Notes: generated by a model from the letters alone, not told the origin. A stretch of DNA of 63,030 nucleotides, filler included, from Octopus bimaculoides (GCF_001194135.2; 9 parts of 9 records of this genome joined end to end with filler, not necessarily neighbours in it), one strand, 5' to 3'. Numbered from the whole stretch's first letter, positions 1-14,990 are shown. Numbers and translations: made by a program.

Positions 1-32
<32 letters not shown>

Positions 33-61
33 AACCCATACACACACTCATACATACACAT

Positions 62-104
<43 letters not shown>

Positions 105-199
105 TGTGCCTGTAGGTGGGTTGGTGCGGGTTTTACCCCTCCAGGTCATGAGTTTTGGGGGAATTTCTGAAATTCTTTTGATTGGATGAGTAAATTGTT

Positions 200-810
200 T
201 ATTTCGCTTGTGCTGACGATGATGGTGATGTCGATGATGTCGATGGTGATGATGATGAAAGTGAGAAAAGTAGTCGTGGCCGTCGTGGTGAGGATACTGA
301 TGACAGTATGGCTATCCTGATAATGGTGGTAGCGAAATTTGATGACAGTGACGACGTCGATGATAATCGTGACGTGGATGATAACGACGGCAATGATGAT
401 GATGATGATGATGATGACGATGATAACGGGTGTTAAACATACTGCTAACGATTTTGATGAGGACGACGATGATGATGACGATGACGAAGATGACGATAAT
501 GATGATGACGATGACGATGATAGTGATGATAATGATGAGGACGACGACGAAGATAATGATGACGACGATGAGAAGGATGCTATGATAGTGGATGCTGAAC
601 ATGTTGATAATGAGGATATGATTTTGATGAGGTTGATGACAAAGCTGATGATGGCTGATGAATATATTGACAATGAGGATGATGATGATGATGATTATAA
701 TGACGACGATGATGATGACGACGACGGCATTGTCGATGCTGATGATGATGATGATCGATGCCAAATATGTTGATGATGCTGATAATTGTAATGATAGTCG
801 TAAGTGTGAT
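200..810. repeat. Degenerate (GAT/GAC)n trinucleotide tract
   Basis: Visible low-complexity sequence; it accounts for the poly-D, poly-M and poly-S ORFs in the track. Confidence 0.9.
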
Positions 811-811
811 G

Positions 812-860
<49 letters not shown>

Positions 861-1081
861 CATTTATATGCGCGCACACATATACATCCACTAACATACA
901 CACATTTATACGTAGATATACGCTCCACATATGTACATCCTTAGACATACATGTATGTAAATATGTATTATGTGTGTGTGTGTGTGTATGTATGTGTGTG
1001 TATATGTATGTATTTATACATGAATATATGTATGTATTAATGTATATGAATGTATGTATGTGTTTATGCGTATATATATAC

Positions 1082-1122
<41 letters not shown>

Positions 1123-2753
1123 AATTATATAGAAATTATAAGTGTGTGTATGTATGTATGTATGCGTGTACGTATNNNNNNNNNNNNNNNNNNNNNNNNN
1201 NNNNNNNNNNNNNNNNNNNNNNNNNNNNNNNNNNNNNNNNNNNNNNNNNNNNNNNNNNNNNNNNNNNNNNNNNNNNNNNNNNNNNNNNNNNNNNNNNNNN
1301 NNNNNNNNNNNNNNNNNNNNNNNNNNNNNNNNNNNNNNNNNNNNNNNNNNNNNNNNNNNNNNNNNNNNNNNNNNNNNNNNNNNNNNNNNNNNNNNNNNNN
1401 NNNNNNNNNNNNNNNNNNNNNNNNNNNNNNNNNNNNNNNNNNNNNNNNNNNNNNNNNNNNNNNNNNNNNNNNNNNNNNNNNTATGTACATAACATCCACC
1501 CGAACAGCATGATTCACAGCGAGATCGAATTCATGGGTCATATGCATACAACAAAATCCCATCCTGCCACCGATTCTGCACTCTTCTCTATACTCGTTGA
1601 ACAAAGTTAACGACCTCAGCCAACACTGAAATTGTCTCACCACCGACGTAAGCAGTAAGTAGCACCCTATTAATTCTGTCTTTAACGTCGCTATTTTCCC
1701 TCCTTCTCCATCTCTTTCATTCGTTGCTTTGATGTTCTGTTTATTGTTGGTGCTGTTTTTCACGCCGTTTCTCCTTTTAACTGCCATTCTCTCCACATTT
1801 GAGGAACACAAGAGTCCATTTCCTCAAGGAAAAGGAGATTGGGCTTGCCATGGTCCTTGAAGTTTTTATTTGTTGCTCCTTCTAATTTGTTTTACTTTCT
1901 GCCTATTTACGTCAAATGATGAACAACACCACCATCATCAACAACAACAACAATCATAAAAACAGAGCAACAAGAATAAAAACAAGAAAACAAAAACACG
2001 TTGTAGACAATAATAAAAACAACGCGAAGAAGCATAAATAATAATATCGACAAACCAAACAGCAGTACCCGAAGTAACTGAAGAAAGCAACACATTATCA
2101 ACAACAGCAATAACAACAACGAAAATGAAAACAATAAGAGGAAAAACATGCTGTAGACACAAGAACAACAAGAGGAATAGCAACAGCATGAAATGGCATC
2201 AATAATAACAAAGTGCGAAACAGCATTTGCAACAAATAACTGGGGAACGCAATACTAGCAACGCGACAGTAATAACAGCAGAAGCAATAATAGCGGTGAT
2301 AACCATTGTGACAACAGAAAGAATATCAGCGATAATTATTGTAATAAGGATAATGATAATAAAAACAATAATAATAACAGCAACAACAATAACAACACAC
2401 TGTAATAAGAAAACACAAGTAACAAGAAATGAGTGCACCGAACACTCCAAAAAGTAGGTGAAATAAAGGACGAAATATAATCAATAATAACAGCAACATG
2501 TATGAAGATGATAATAGTAATAATAATAATAATGATGATAATAATAATAATAATAATCCTTTCTACTAAAGGCCCAAGGGCTGAAATTTGTGAGGAGGAC
2601 TTCGTCAGTTACATCGACCACAGGGTTTCACTCGTAGTAAATTTATCGAACTCGAAACGATGAAACGAAAATTCGATATCCGCGGCATTAGAATTCCGAA
2701 CATAAGGACGGACGAAAAGCTTAGTGGCATGCTAACGGTTCTGCTAGTTTGCC

Positions 2754-2804
<51 letters not shown>

Positions 2805-3639
2805 NNNNNNNNNNNNNNNNNNNNNNNNNNNNNNNNNNNNNNNNNNNNNNNNNNNNNNNNNNNNNNNNNNNNNNNNNNNNNNNNNNNNNNNNNNNNNNNN
2901 NNNNNNNNNNNNNNNNNNNNNNNNNNNNNNNNNNNNNNNNNNNNNNNNNNNNNNNNNNNNNNNNNNNNNNNNNNNNNNNNNNNNNNNNNNNNNNNNNNNN
3001 NNNNNNNNNNNNNNNNNNNNNNNNNNNNNNNNNNNNNNNNNNNNNNNNNNNNNNNNNNNNNNNNNNNNNNNNNNNNNNNNNNNNNNNNNNNNNNNNNNNN
3101 NNNNNNNNNNNNNNNNNNNNNNNNNNNNNNNNNNNNNNNNNNNNNNNNNNNNNNNNNNNNNNNNNNNNNNNNNNNNNNNNNNNNNNNNNNNNNNNNNNNN
3201 NNNNNNNNNNNNNNNNNNNNNNNNNNNNNNNNNNNNNNNNNNNNNNNNNNNNNNNNNNNNNNNNNNNNNNNNNNNNNNNNNNNNNNNNNNNNNNNNNNNN
3301 NNNNNNNNNNNNNNNNNNNNNNNNNNNNNNNNNNNNNAACGTTTCTTATTTCTTTACTGCCCACAAGGGGCTACACACAGAGGGGACAAACAAGGACAGA
3401 CAAAGGGATTAAGTCGATTATATCGACCCCAGTGCGTAACTGGTACTTATTTAATTGATCCCGAAAGGATGAAAGGGAAAGTCGACTTCGGTGGAATTTG
3501 AACTCAGAACGTAAAGACGGACGAAATGCCGCTAAGCATTTCGTCCGGCGTGCTATAATAATGATAATGATACTTTCTACTATAGGTACAAGGCTTGAAA
3601 AATATGGTGAGAGGGGGGCCAGTCGATTAGACTGACACC

Positions 3640-4287
3640 GGTACGCAACTCGTACTTAATTTATCGACCCCGAAACAATGAAAGGCAAAGTCGACCTAGG
3701 CGGAATTTGAACTCAGAATGTAACAATAACAATAACAATCCTTTCTACTAAAGCCGCAAGAACTGAGATTTTGGTTTAGCGCACCAGGCGATTACATCGA
3801 CCACAGTGTATCACTGGTACTTAATTTATCGACCCCGAAACAATGAAAGGCAAAGACGACCTAGGCGGAATTTGAACTCAGAATGTAACAATAACAGTAA
3901 CAATCCTTTCTACTAAAGCCGCAAGAACTGAGATTTTGGTTTAGCGCACCAGGCGATTACATCGACCACAGTGTATCACTGGTACTTAATTTATCGACCC
4001 CGAAACAATGAAAGGCAAAGTCGACCTCGGCGGAATTTGAACTCAGAATGTAACAATAACAGTAACAATTCTTTCTACTAAAGCCGCAAAAACTGAGATT
4101 TTGGTTTAGCGCACCAGGCGATTACATCGACCACAGTGTATCACTGGTACTTAATTTATCGACCCCGAAACAATGAAAGGCAAAGTCGACCTAGGCGGAA
4201 TTTGAACTCAGAATGTAACAATAACAGTAACAATTCTTTCTACTAAAGCCGCAAAAACTGAGATTTTGGTTTAGCGCACCAGGCGAT
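3640..4287. repeat. 165-bp tandem satellite derived from SINE family A
   Basis: ctttctactaaagccgc recurs at 3741, 3906, 4071 and 4236 (period 165). Units are nearly identical and the array runs into an N-gap. Confidence 0.92.
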
Positions 4288-4861
4288 NNNNNNNNNNNNN
4301 NNNNNNNNNNNNNNNNNNNNNNNNNNNNNNNNNNNNNNNNNNNNNNNNNNNNNNNNNNNNNNNNNNNNNNNNNNNNNNNNNNNNNNNNNNNNNNNNNNNN
4401 NNNNNNNNNNNNNNNNNNNNNNNNNNNNNNNNNNNNNNNNNNNNNNNNNNNNNNNNNNNNNNNNNNNNNNNNNNNNNNNNNNNNNNNNNNNNNNNNNNNN
4501 NNNNNNNNNNNNNNNNNNNNNNNNNNNNNNNNNNNNNNNNNNNNNNNNNNNNNNNNNNNNNNNNNNNNNNNNNNNNNNNNNNNNNNNNNNNNNNNNNNNN
4601 NNNNNNNNNNNNNNNNNNNNNNNNNNNNNNNNNNNNNNNNNNNNNNNNNNNNNNNNNNNNNNNNNNNNNNNNNNNNNNNNNNNNNNNNNNNNNNNNNNNN
4701 NNNNNNNNNNNNNNNNNNNNNNNNNNNNNNNNNNNNNNNNNNNNNNNNNNNNNNNNNNNNNNNNNNNNNNNNNNNNNNNNNNNNNNNNNNNNNNNNNNNN
4801 NNNNNNNNNNNNNNNNNNNNNNNNNNNNNNNNNNNNNNNNNNNNNNNNNNNNNNNNNNNNN

Positions 4862-4871
4862 TCTTCATTAC

Positions 4872-4903
<32 letters not shown>

Positions 4904-5102
4904 CCATCATCACCATCATCACCATCATCACCATCACCACAATCATCATCATCATCACCAACATCACCACAATCACCATCACCATCATCACCATCATCAT
5001 CATCATCATCATCATCATCACCATCACCATCAGCATCATCATCATCACCACCATTATCAGCATCATCATCATCACCATTATCATCATCATCACCATCACC
5101 AC

Positions 5103-5135
<33 letters not shown>

Positions 5136-5410
5136 CATCATCACCATCATCACCATCATCACCATCATCACCATCATCACCATCATCATCAGCATTACAA
5201 CCACCACAACCACCATCTTCATCACCACCACCGTTATCATTTTCCTCATCTCCAGAGTTATCACTATTACATTTTGTTCTCTCCTCCTCCTCCTCCTCCT
5301 CCCCCGCCTCCTTCCTCTTTCGTTTTCCTAGTGATCATCATCATCATCATCATGATCGTCATAATCGTCGTCATCATCATCATCATCATCATCGTCATCA
5401 TCACCCAGGA
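4862..5410. repeat. Degenerate (CAT/CAC)n tract
   Basis: Visible low-complexity sequence. Confidence 0.9.
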
Positions 5411-5804
5411 CGCGTTAAAAGTACATAAAGAAAGAATACAAGAAGCGGAAATTAATTCTTGAAAACATCCTCACAACCACCCCCATCACCNNNNNNNNNN
5501 ACCCCCCACCCCGACACCAACAACAACAGCAACAACATCAACAAGTACCGCAAGAACAACGACCACCACCACCACAACAACAACAAAAACACCGACAATA
5601 ACAATGGCGATAGAGTGCATCAAGTCGAACAAAATTAACGAATTATTAAGGTTTTGATACAATAACAATAACATCGCGCAACACATGCACAGGAAGTGTA
5701 CATTGTCTGTCACTGGTCGGCGAAGCGACTCGACTAACTAGAAATAGCAGTCAATTTTTGTCTGAGACTTCAACGTTAGAAATAATCGAAGAATGCGCAT
5801 GTGT

Positions 5805-6206
5805 AGGCGTAGGAGTGGCTGTGTGGTAAGTAGCTTGCTTACGAACCACATGGTTCCGGGTTCAGTCCCACTGCGTGGCACCTTGGGCAAGTGTCTTTCT
5901 ACTATAGCCTCGGGTCGACCAAAGCCTTGTGAGTGGATTTGGTAGACGGAAACTGAAAGAAGTCCGTCGTATATATGTATAGGTGCATGTGTGTGTATAT
6001 GTTTGTGTGTCTGTGTTTGTCCTCCCAACATCGCTTGACAACCGATGCTGGTGTGTTCACGTCCCCGTAACTAAGCGGTTCAGCAAAAAAGAGACCGATA
6101 GAATAAGCACTAGGCATCCAAAGAATAAGTCCTGGGGTCGATTTGCTCGACTAAAGGCGCTGCTCCAGCATGGCCACAGTCAAACGACTGAAACAAGTAA
6201 AAGAGA
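5805..6206 (+). mobile_element. tRNA-headed SINE family B, full length
   Basis: A-box tggctgtgtggtaag, B-box gggttcagtccc, an internal microsatellite and a tail ending ccagcatggccacagtcaaacgactgaaac. More than 12 related copies occur in the window. Confidence 0.9.
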
Positions 6207-6671
6207 GTATATGCGTATCTTAATCAGCTGTTTTGCCTGAGGCTGAACAACAGCAGCGAAAGCACGCTGTTTGGGTGATACACTCACGATCCTGAAATCT
6301 AGGGATCAATTACCGAACCTGGCGATCCGTAATGTTCTTGAGAAAAACGCTTCATGCCATATCGTTCCTGTCCTCTCAGCTGTAAATGTGTAACTCTACG
6401 ACGGACCGGCGCCCTGTTCAGGAGTATTGTTGTTCACTTGTTCACTTATACGTCATAGAAGCTGGATAACCGGCCCTATGATGCCAAGGTCTAGAGATGA
6501 CAATTTCTAAGGGACCATAAAAAACAGCAACGATAACAAAATAAAGAACATCAACAGCAAAACCGCCCCTAAAAAATTACACACTTACGAGAAAGTACAC
6601 ACCTGTACGGACATTTCCATGATATTGGAAATTTTCCCAAACTAGGCTCAGCGCCATTGTAGCATAATGGA

Positions 6672-6940
6672 TTATAAAGAAGAAAAGGAGAAGGCCAGCA
6701 AATTCAAAAGATATTGATTAGCAGAAAGCATAAAGGACTGAATATCGCAGACCTGAGGATAACGAGACGATGATAACAAGTTCCAGAGAGTAGCAGTCTG
6801 AGGAAAGAAGCTGTAAGAATAATAGGACTTATGACTAACAGGAAGTTCAACAGAGAAATGATGCTCCTTGGAAGTGAAGCGGGTGGCATGTTTAAAGGTT
6901 TTGACAGAGGGTATTAATAAAATGAAATGAATGGACAAAC
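6672..6940 (-). mobile_element. CR1/L2-like LINE 3' end fragment
   Basis: SYYSYSFFPQTATLWNLLSSS.YP...DIQSF matches the FFPRT..WN.LP C-terminal motif. Confidence 0.7.
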
Positions 6941-7204
6941 TGAATAATGTCTTCCGAGATAAGCTGTGTCTGAATTATGCACCCCGTTCAAAATAATATA
7001 CACACGTTTTAATATTACACACACACACAAAAGCATACATACACACACACACAAAAGCATACATACACGCACACACACATATATACATTCTTTTATTCGA
7101 CGAAGTCGCGTATTGTCCTTGCCTTCGAAACGCGGAGTAGATGGAACAGGTACAAGTGACGAAGGGGTATACTCTTTATGTATGTATGTATACGTTCACA
7201 GGCG

Positions 7205-7432
7205 GTAAATGCGTGTAACTCAGTGGTTACAGTGTTGTGTTCATGATCGGGAAGTTGTGGTTTCGATTCCTGGACCGGGCAACGCATTGTGTTCTTGAGC
7301 AAAACACTTCATTTGACGTTGCTCCAGTTCACTCAGCTGGTAAAAATGAGTAACCTTGAGATGGACCGGCGTCCTATCCACGTGGGGAATTTACACGCCA
7401 TGAAAACCGGCCCATATGAGTCGGTAACATTA
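7205..7432 (+). mobile_element. tRNA-headed SINE family C (CORE-like centre)
   Basis: taactcagtggtta (A box), ggtttcgattcc (B box) and ttgagcaaaacacttcatttgacgttgctccagttcactcagctgg. Related copies lie at ~6270, 15115, 24320(-) and 43900. Confidence 0.7.
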
Positions 7433-7588
7433 CTCGAAAAGGTAACATTATCTTTCATTTTGCGTACACAGGTATTCCTACATGGGCCTCTAGCACCGCT
7501 TGCTTTATTGCCAATGAAAGATCACTCTTTCTGGATTATGAATCGATCTTATCTCTTTTAGTGAGAAATTTCAAAAAACATTCAAAGG

Positions 7589-7627
<39 letters not shown>

Positions 7628-8020
7628 CACATAAACATACCGATATTTAAAGATATACTTCAAGACACAAGCTGCCATGTTAGTCAATATAGATTAAATT
7701 TTTTTATAACATGGCGTTTTCATCTGTCAGTGTATGAGAAGATTAATAAGTGCATACACATACATATAGACATGTCACATACGTATACATACACAAACTT
7801 TTATCCACACTTCTATAAACAGGCTGTGCGTTCCATAAAAAGCATATATTTCAAACCATGTTATTACATATATATATATATATATATATATGCATGTATG
7901 TATGTATTTCTGTGTATATATACGTACATTCATATACATATATATATATATACATATATATACCCCTATATATATTTATATAATATTTATATGTATGTGA
8001 CTATATGTATATATATATGG

Positions 8021-8154
<134 letters not shown>

Positions 8155-8392
8155 CATACATACATATAAAATATATATATTGTGTCTATCTCTCTGTGAA
8201 ACTAACTTCCAAACGCCTACTCACACAGACAATTACGCATTCATATATATATATATGTATGTATATATGTATGTATATATAAATATGTGTATGTATGTAT
8301 ATATATATATATATATATATATCTATATATATATATCATATATGTGTGTGTGTGTGTGTGTGATATACATGTGTATATATATATGTGCGTGT

Positions 8393-8492
8393 NNNNNNNN
8401 NNNNNNNNNNNNNNNNNNNNNNNNNNNNNNNNNNNNTTAATTAATTAANNNNNNNNNNNNNNNNNNNNNNNNNNNNNNNNNNNNNNNNNNNN
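8393..8492. other. Assembly gap cassette: 44 N + TTAATTAATTAA + 44 N (also at 26493, 31377, 37605, 41872, 49982, 58335, 61456)
   Basis: An identical 100-bp cassette occurs eight times. The 12-mer has stops in all six frames. Confidence 0.95.
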
Positions 8493-8875
8493 CAATACCA
8501 GCAGATGACAACGTTTCTCTAAAAGAAATGGAAAAACTTTCAAAATACAAAGACCTGGAAATAGAGATAACTCGAATGTGGAATCTAACAACAGAAACAA
8601 TTCCTATCATAGTAGGTGCCTTAGGTATAATAAAAAAATATTCAGACAAATACATAACAAAAACACCAGGACTTACAAATATATATAACATACAGAAAAT
8701 TGCACTACTGGGTACTGCACACATTCTACGCAAAACACTTTCAATACAGTAAACATAAGAGCACCACAGCAAACCACAGCACATACCCAAGGCGCACAGA
8801 GCTGCGCTCGGTAGTGAAGTGAAAGTACGTTATAAAAATAAAACTACTGAATAATAATAATAATAATAATAATAA
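8493..8875 (+). mobile_element. R4/Dong-clade LINE 3' end (restriction-like endonuclease, 3' UTR and (TAA)n tail)
   Basis: IPADDNVSLKEMEKLSKYKDLEIEITRMWNLTTETIPIIVGALG...QKIALLGTAHILRK.L, then a stop at 8752 and a TAA tail. Confidence 0.85.
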
Positions 8876-8990
8876 GCGACACGATAAGGTAATGAAATTG
8901 CTACATTGGAAACTGCGAAACGTTGGGGTTAGAGAGAGGCAAGACTTTGTATGAGCACAAAGATTGCATTTTAGAGTAAGTTACAAGTGT
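8876..8990 (+). mobile_element. R4/Dong LINE fragment (CCHC-adjacent region)
   Basis: RHDKVMKLLHWKL followed by a degenerate YEHK. Confidence 0.55.
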
Positions 8991-9388
8991 ATTTTTAGGT
9001 TTCTTCCAAGCAACCAATTCAATGATTTTACCAAGATTTGGAGTACAGGAAGTACCTGTGCAGATGAATAATTTACAGTGGGTGTAGCTTGCACTGCACA
9101 CACCCACACCTATTGGCCTAAGAAGACTTTCACCGGTGTGACATGGAAATTGACAAAACCAGGAAGTTCCAAGGCCTCAGGTTTTATTTCGGAGATTTCC
9201 TTCTCCTAGGTAGATTACCAACCAAGGTTAAAGAGCTTCTACCTGCCCATGATATAAGCTATCCCATTACAGACACCAAACCGACGCTCAAACACTCTAT
9301 AATGTGATCAAATATCACTCCGGTGACGGACGCGGAATAGCTCATAAAAAAAGATACGATATGTGATTTGCATGCATACATACATACA

Positions 9389-9419
<31 letters not shown>

Positions 9420-9550
9420 CCTGTTGATGTTGTTGAAATTCCAATTACGGATCTTTCGATCTAGGTTAGACACCGGCTGTTACTTTATTGGCAAGAAATC
9501 TTGAAATTAAAGTCTAATATATGACATACATACATACATACATACATACA

Positions 9551-9583
<33 letters not shown>

Positions 9584-12103
9584 TTATACACACATATACA
9601 TATACATATATATACACATGCATACATACACACAGTTGACACACATATTTATATACGCATGTGTATAATGTATACACTATAACCATTTTGTATGTAGGTG
9701 CATGGATATGTGAGCGCTGGTGCGCGTTTTTAAATTCATATACATATAATATGCGCACATATTTTGCGTGTTTGCATTTATAATACCTATATATACGTAT
9801 ATGTGTGAGAGAGTGAGAGTGTTTTTCTCCCTGCATATCATATTCACATAGATTCCCATAATGATTCGTGTAAAGACTGGTTATACAAATTAGGCTTCTC
9901 AAGTTAGCGCAGGGATATAAGTATTCATTTATGTTAAATCTGAACGGAGGGAAAATGCATTCAGGTTATTTAAAACAGTTTTATCTTGACGAAAAAATAA
10001 AAGTGAAATAAAAAAGAAAATTATCAAGTAGAATATATGTCTTTTGCAAGGATGTATAGCCTTGTAGATTATTATCTATTGTTTTATCAAAATTACCCAG
10101 AAGTACTTTTCTATGAATATTTTTTTTTATTTTAAAAGTTCGCTTCCAGTAAATCATTTAACAATACTAACTCTAGTACACTTTAAATCCGTTTGATTTG
10201 AAATATACAATAAACAATTTCATAATTATAGATATCGCATATATTTATTTTGGAAGTGAATAGTATATATATCGCATTCCATGATTTTTTTTCTTTTTGT
10301 ATTCCTTTAACTTTCAGAATTACATTCTTATGTATATATGTATGTATTTTTTAAATATATAAATTAAATAAAGGTATCTTGAAACAGAAATCCTTTCTTA
10401 GTTTAAGGCTTTAAACTCTATCATTTTTCTTTGTTCGAATTTCTTTTGTACTTGTTGTTTATATTTATATATATATATATACTTTTTTTTTTACTTTTCT
10501 GGAAAGGGAATGTAAAATGAGAAATTTAGAATATCTGCCAAATACATGAAACAACACAATTCCTTCTCTTGGGAAATGTTTGAGCGAAAAACTTTCTTTG
10601 AATCACATTTAACGAAATCAAATAGAGTTGAAACAAATAGGTAATACTCCCTATCTGAATAACTGTAATATCTTACATCATTTTCTGCGAAAATATATTT
10701 TTTGTTCTTAATTATTTTCTTGTTTGTTTATAAAGGTTTTATTCATGTACGTTGTTAATTGAGCATAAACGTTTAAAAGCAAAACGTTTAAAAGTGATGC
10801 AACCTCTTTGTGTTAGTCCAACAGCAAAAAGCTTGTTTTAGACAATTTCTGTTACTTATATAGTAGAAGTATCTATTAATGGGTGAACGTTATATTCACA
10901 TTAAGATGAGATCTGTGACTGATGTCAACTTTTAAATATATCTCTTCGCTTTGATTTCAAGCATCATCAATCAAATTACTTTTCATGTTTACGGGGTTGA
11001 TGCTTAACTTATCGATGTGTAGTATTTGTTTTAAATCTCTGCAGTCTGATCTCAAATCCTGCTAAGGTGAACTTTACTTTATGTTCTGACTGTCAGAACA
11101 TAAAACATTTTCTAATGATAGTGAATTGGTGGAAATATCAAAGCATTTCATTAGTTAGGATGCATTATGGCGTGTCTTTCAGCTCTGAGCATTCTGAATT
11201 CACACCCCCACTTCCTATCCTTAGTAAAAAATGTGATACTTCTATGAAGAGTTGCGATCGACAGATAATATCAAGAATGAAGATAAAACAATGAAACAGT
11301 TTTCTTACTTTTCTTTATTCGATTGTATGATCGGTTGTGATATGATGTAACTTGGAAAGGGTGAGAAAACTTATGCAAGAGAAAATTCGATATATATACG
11401 TGAAACATTTCTTATTTAGGTACCAGACAAATCCTACCCAATTATACATCTTAGATAATTGCATCAAATATACTATAAAATTTGTTAGGTAGAGGATAGA
11501 TCAACACTAGATGTGTTTAAGGAAATCACTTTATTGTTGTCAGTTGATTGCATTTTCATATAGAACAAATACTGATTTTAGACATTGGCATTAGTCCAAG
11601 CATACAGTCCATTAAATCGACCTAAGCATATGATTGCTACTACTCATTTTGTCCTCCTCGTAAGAAAGAAACTCAAAGAGATCTCGAACAAGATTCAAAC
11701 TCAGAATGTAAAGGGATATAACTGAAACAGTCTCTATATGGTTGCCTGTCTGCTAGAAGTATCACAGCAATCTGCCTGCAATGCACTACACCTTTTATAA
11801 ACAACGTACACGTTGAATAATTATCGTTTTCTCTTCACTTTTTTCGATCATTGGACTGCAGATATGATGGGGTACCGCTCTGCTCTGAAGGTTTAATCGA
11901 GCAAATCCACCACAATAGAAAACTTGGCAAGATGTAGCATTTATGCCTTTCCCAGATTTGGCAAATTTAGAGCATTTTTGGAATCGTTACGTGTAGTATG
12001 TAGAAGGTTAAAGACTTAAAATTTTTTTTTAATGAGTTACGAATTGTAAAACTAATATATGTTTGCAATGTGTTGTGCTTATATATCTATGTACATGCTT
12101 ACA

Positions 12104-12220
<117 letters not shown>

Positions 12221-12857
12221 GTGTATATGTATATGTGTATATGCGATTATGTTCATATGTATGCGTAATAGATATTTCGACGCGTGTAAAACGTTATTGT
12301 GTTCGGGTGTATTGTACATATCTTTAGGCGCGTACAATGTATTCTTCAATAATTCACTGACGCGATACCTTATTTCGTGGTAATTGTGACAAATGACCGA
12401 AGTATAGAATTTCTAGTTCCATCCGCTTTCATAGTGACATGCCTTGAGGCTAATGATACTGTACCTCGCCACTGGCATTCTTATCACTATCCAGGAAGTA
12501 GTCGTTTGTCCATTACTATTATCCCCCTTTCCTATTTCAGTGAAGAAAACAGCTAAAATCAATAAGTTTTGTAAGGGTTCTTTATGCCAAATTAGCACTT
12601 GTTGGTAAGGAATATTCTCTATTCAAAACAGTCAGAAAAACTTGCTTAACCCATAGCTCCCTTTATCCTTACTTGTCCTAAAGCACTGAGATGTTTTTTG
12701 AAGCGTGTTAAATACGTTAGGAGACATTTAGATACTTTGAATGCTAAGAAGAAATTTACAAGCTATTCTTGATTCTCATAGCAGAAAATATAAACAAGCA
12801 TTTCGTTCTCCGACGCAGATATTTCTTCATATTTTCAGGCTATATACATGCATTTAC

Positions 12858-12926
<69 letters not shown>

Positions 12927-13137
12927 CGCATGCATATAGCCTGAGAAAGAGAATATATATATATAAATATACATACAGACACACACACATATACACAGGT
13001 ATGTACATATGCGTTTATGTATACATACATGCAAGTATACATACATACAGACATATATATATATTGCATTCAAAGGAAATAATACATCATCATCACCATT
13101 AGCATTGTTGTTGTTGTTGTTGTTGTTGATATTATTA

Positions 13138-13192
<55 letters not shown>

Positions 13193-13415
13193 CATTATTA
13201 TTCGGGCGGAATCGCTATGCAGCGTTTCTTTCGACACTTTGCATTGTGAATTCAAATCCTGCTGAAGTCAGTTTTGTTTTTCTTCTTTTCAAGGTCGATC
13301 AAGTGGAGTACCAGTCAACTACTGAGGGTCGATGTAATCAACCAAACTCCTCGGACAAAAATTACGGGGCATGTGTCAACATTCGAATGAAATATCTTTA
13401 TCATCATCATCATCA

Positions 13416-13465
<50 letters not shown>

Positions 13466-13469
13466 GTCC

Positions 13470-13506
<37 letters not shown>

Positions 13507-13991
13507 TCTTATCGTTGTTGTTATTAATTTAATGCGTTATTGCTGTTATTTGCTGCTGCAGCACTGCTGCTGTTGCTGCTGTAGTTGACGTCGTCGTCGA
13601 TAATATTAATAAATAAATTATTTAACAATTCTAAATTTAAAAGTAAGGAAATATTCACATGTTCTCGGAATTTTTTTTCTCAAATATTTCATACTTTCGT
13701 TATTCACCTATGTTTTTCATATACCCTTCAATAAAAAAAATATTCTACATTTACATCATCTTTACATCTTTTTTTGTGGACGAAACCAGGTTCAGTGAAC
13801 TATCAGCTTAAAAATATTTTAGATCTGAGAGTGAACAACATCGATGTTATCCTTTCATATTTTAGTTTTATCTTTTATTGCTGTTTCACACTTGATAGTT
13901 TACAAGCTTCAAAACAACATTCCCTCTGTGAGTTTATATGGTGTCTTTTATAAGAATTCGGGGTAGATAGTATCTGTATTTTATCTTGATA

Positions 13992-14990
13992 TATCTGGTC
14001 ATCCCATAAGTTCTGTCCGAATTTTTAATAAAGAAAACAAGTGATCAAATGTTATATTTAATTGAAATTTAATCATCAATGTACTTTCCCTGATTATCTA
14101 TGACTTACTTCTATCTATTTACAAGCTTTTTAACCCAATCCATGTAAAACTCTTTTGGTTTCAAAGCGAAGAACTCTGAAATGTCAGTTTCGACCTCCTC
14201 CTGGCTTGCGAAAGTTATGTCCCCCAAATGATTCTGTAAAGAACGAAACAAATGGTAGTCTGAAGGAGCAAGGTCGGGAGAATAAGGTGGATGAGGAATT
14301 TTTTCCCAATTAAGCTCTTCGATCTTCTGTGATGTGATCTTCTAAGTGTGGGGTCGCGCATTGTCCTGATGAAACATCACTTCTTTCCGATTCACTAAAG
14401 CGGGTCTCTTTTTCTTCAAAACCTGGTTGTTCGAGCGCTCTAATTGCTGACAGTAGACTTGCGCATTGATTGTTGCATTAGGTGGTAACAATTCAAAGTG
14501 AATTACTCCTTTGCAATCCCACCAGTTAGAAAAAAGAACCGTTTTCCCACGAAGTTCCCTTCTCGGTTGTGGTTGAGCTTTTTCCCTTTTACCAAGCCAC
14601 TGTTCACGACGTTTAACATTTCGATAGATGTCCCATTTTTCGTCACCAATCACAAGGTCTATCCAAAAAGGGTAAAATTAGTTCGCGAAAATGGAGAGAA
14701 GAGCAGATCACAACTTGGGATCTGCGGTTGCTTTCGGACAATTCATGAGGCACCCATTATCCAAGTTTAGGAACCTTTCCAAGTTGTTGAAGATAACGAT
14801 GAACAGTTGTATGGTTTGAACTAAGATTTATTGCCTATTCTTTAACTGATAATGCAGGATTTTTTTCAAGTAATGTCTCATGGAGCTTATCATCAAACTT
14901 AACTGGACGTCCTGCTCGATCTTCATCTTCAAGGCCGACATCTCCACTTCTGAATTTTGCAAACCATCTTCTGCAACCAGGAAGCTTAGA
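13992..14990 (-). mobile_element. Mariner (DD34D-type) transposase remnant with one terminal inverted repeat
   Basis: Minus-strand motifs RRWFAKFRSGD.GLEDE.R.GRP, WVPHELS, IGDEKW, WWDCKGVIHFELLP, FHQDNARPHT and a PYSPDLAP-like motif. A TIR-like ctggtcatcccataagttctgtccg lies near 13995. Contains stops and frameshifts. Confidence 0.92.

Noticed and set aside
146-5462. Long ORFs of poly-S/D/M/I/H and YI/HT dipeptides (and the same type throughout the window)
   Set aside because: They are translations of tri- and dinucleotide microsatellites or run through N-gaps, and show no domain content.
5805-5880. tRNA genes suggested by A/B boxes here and in other SINE heads
   Set aside because: No complete cloverleaf; each continues into a SINE body.
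13330-13400. NYGAC peptide resembling the ECD NYT.C motif
   Set aside because: It lies within a SINE-A tail and has no splice sites.
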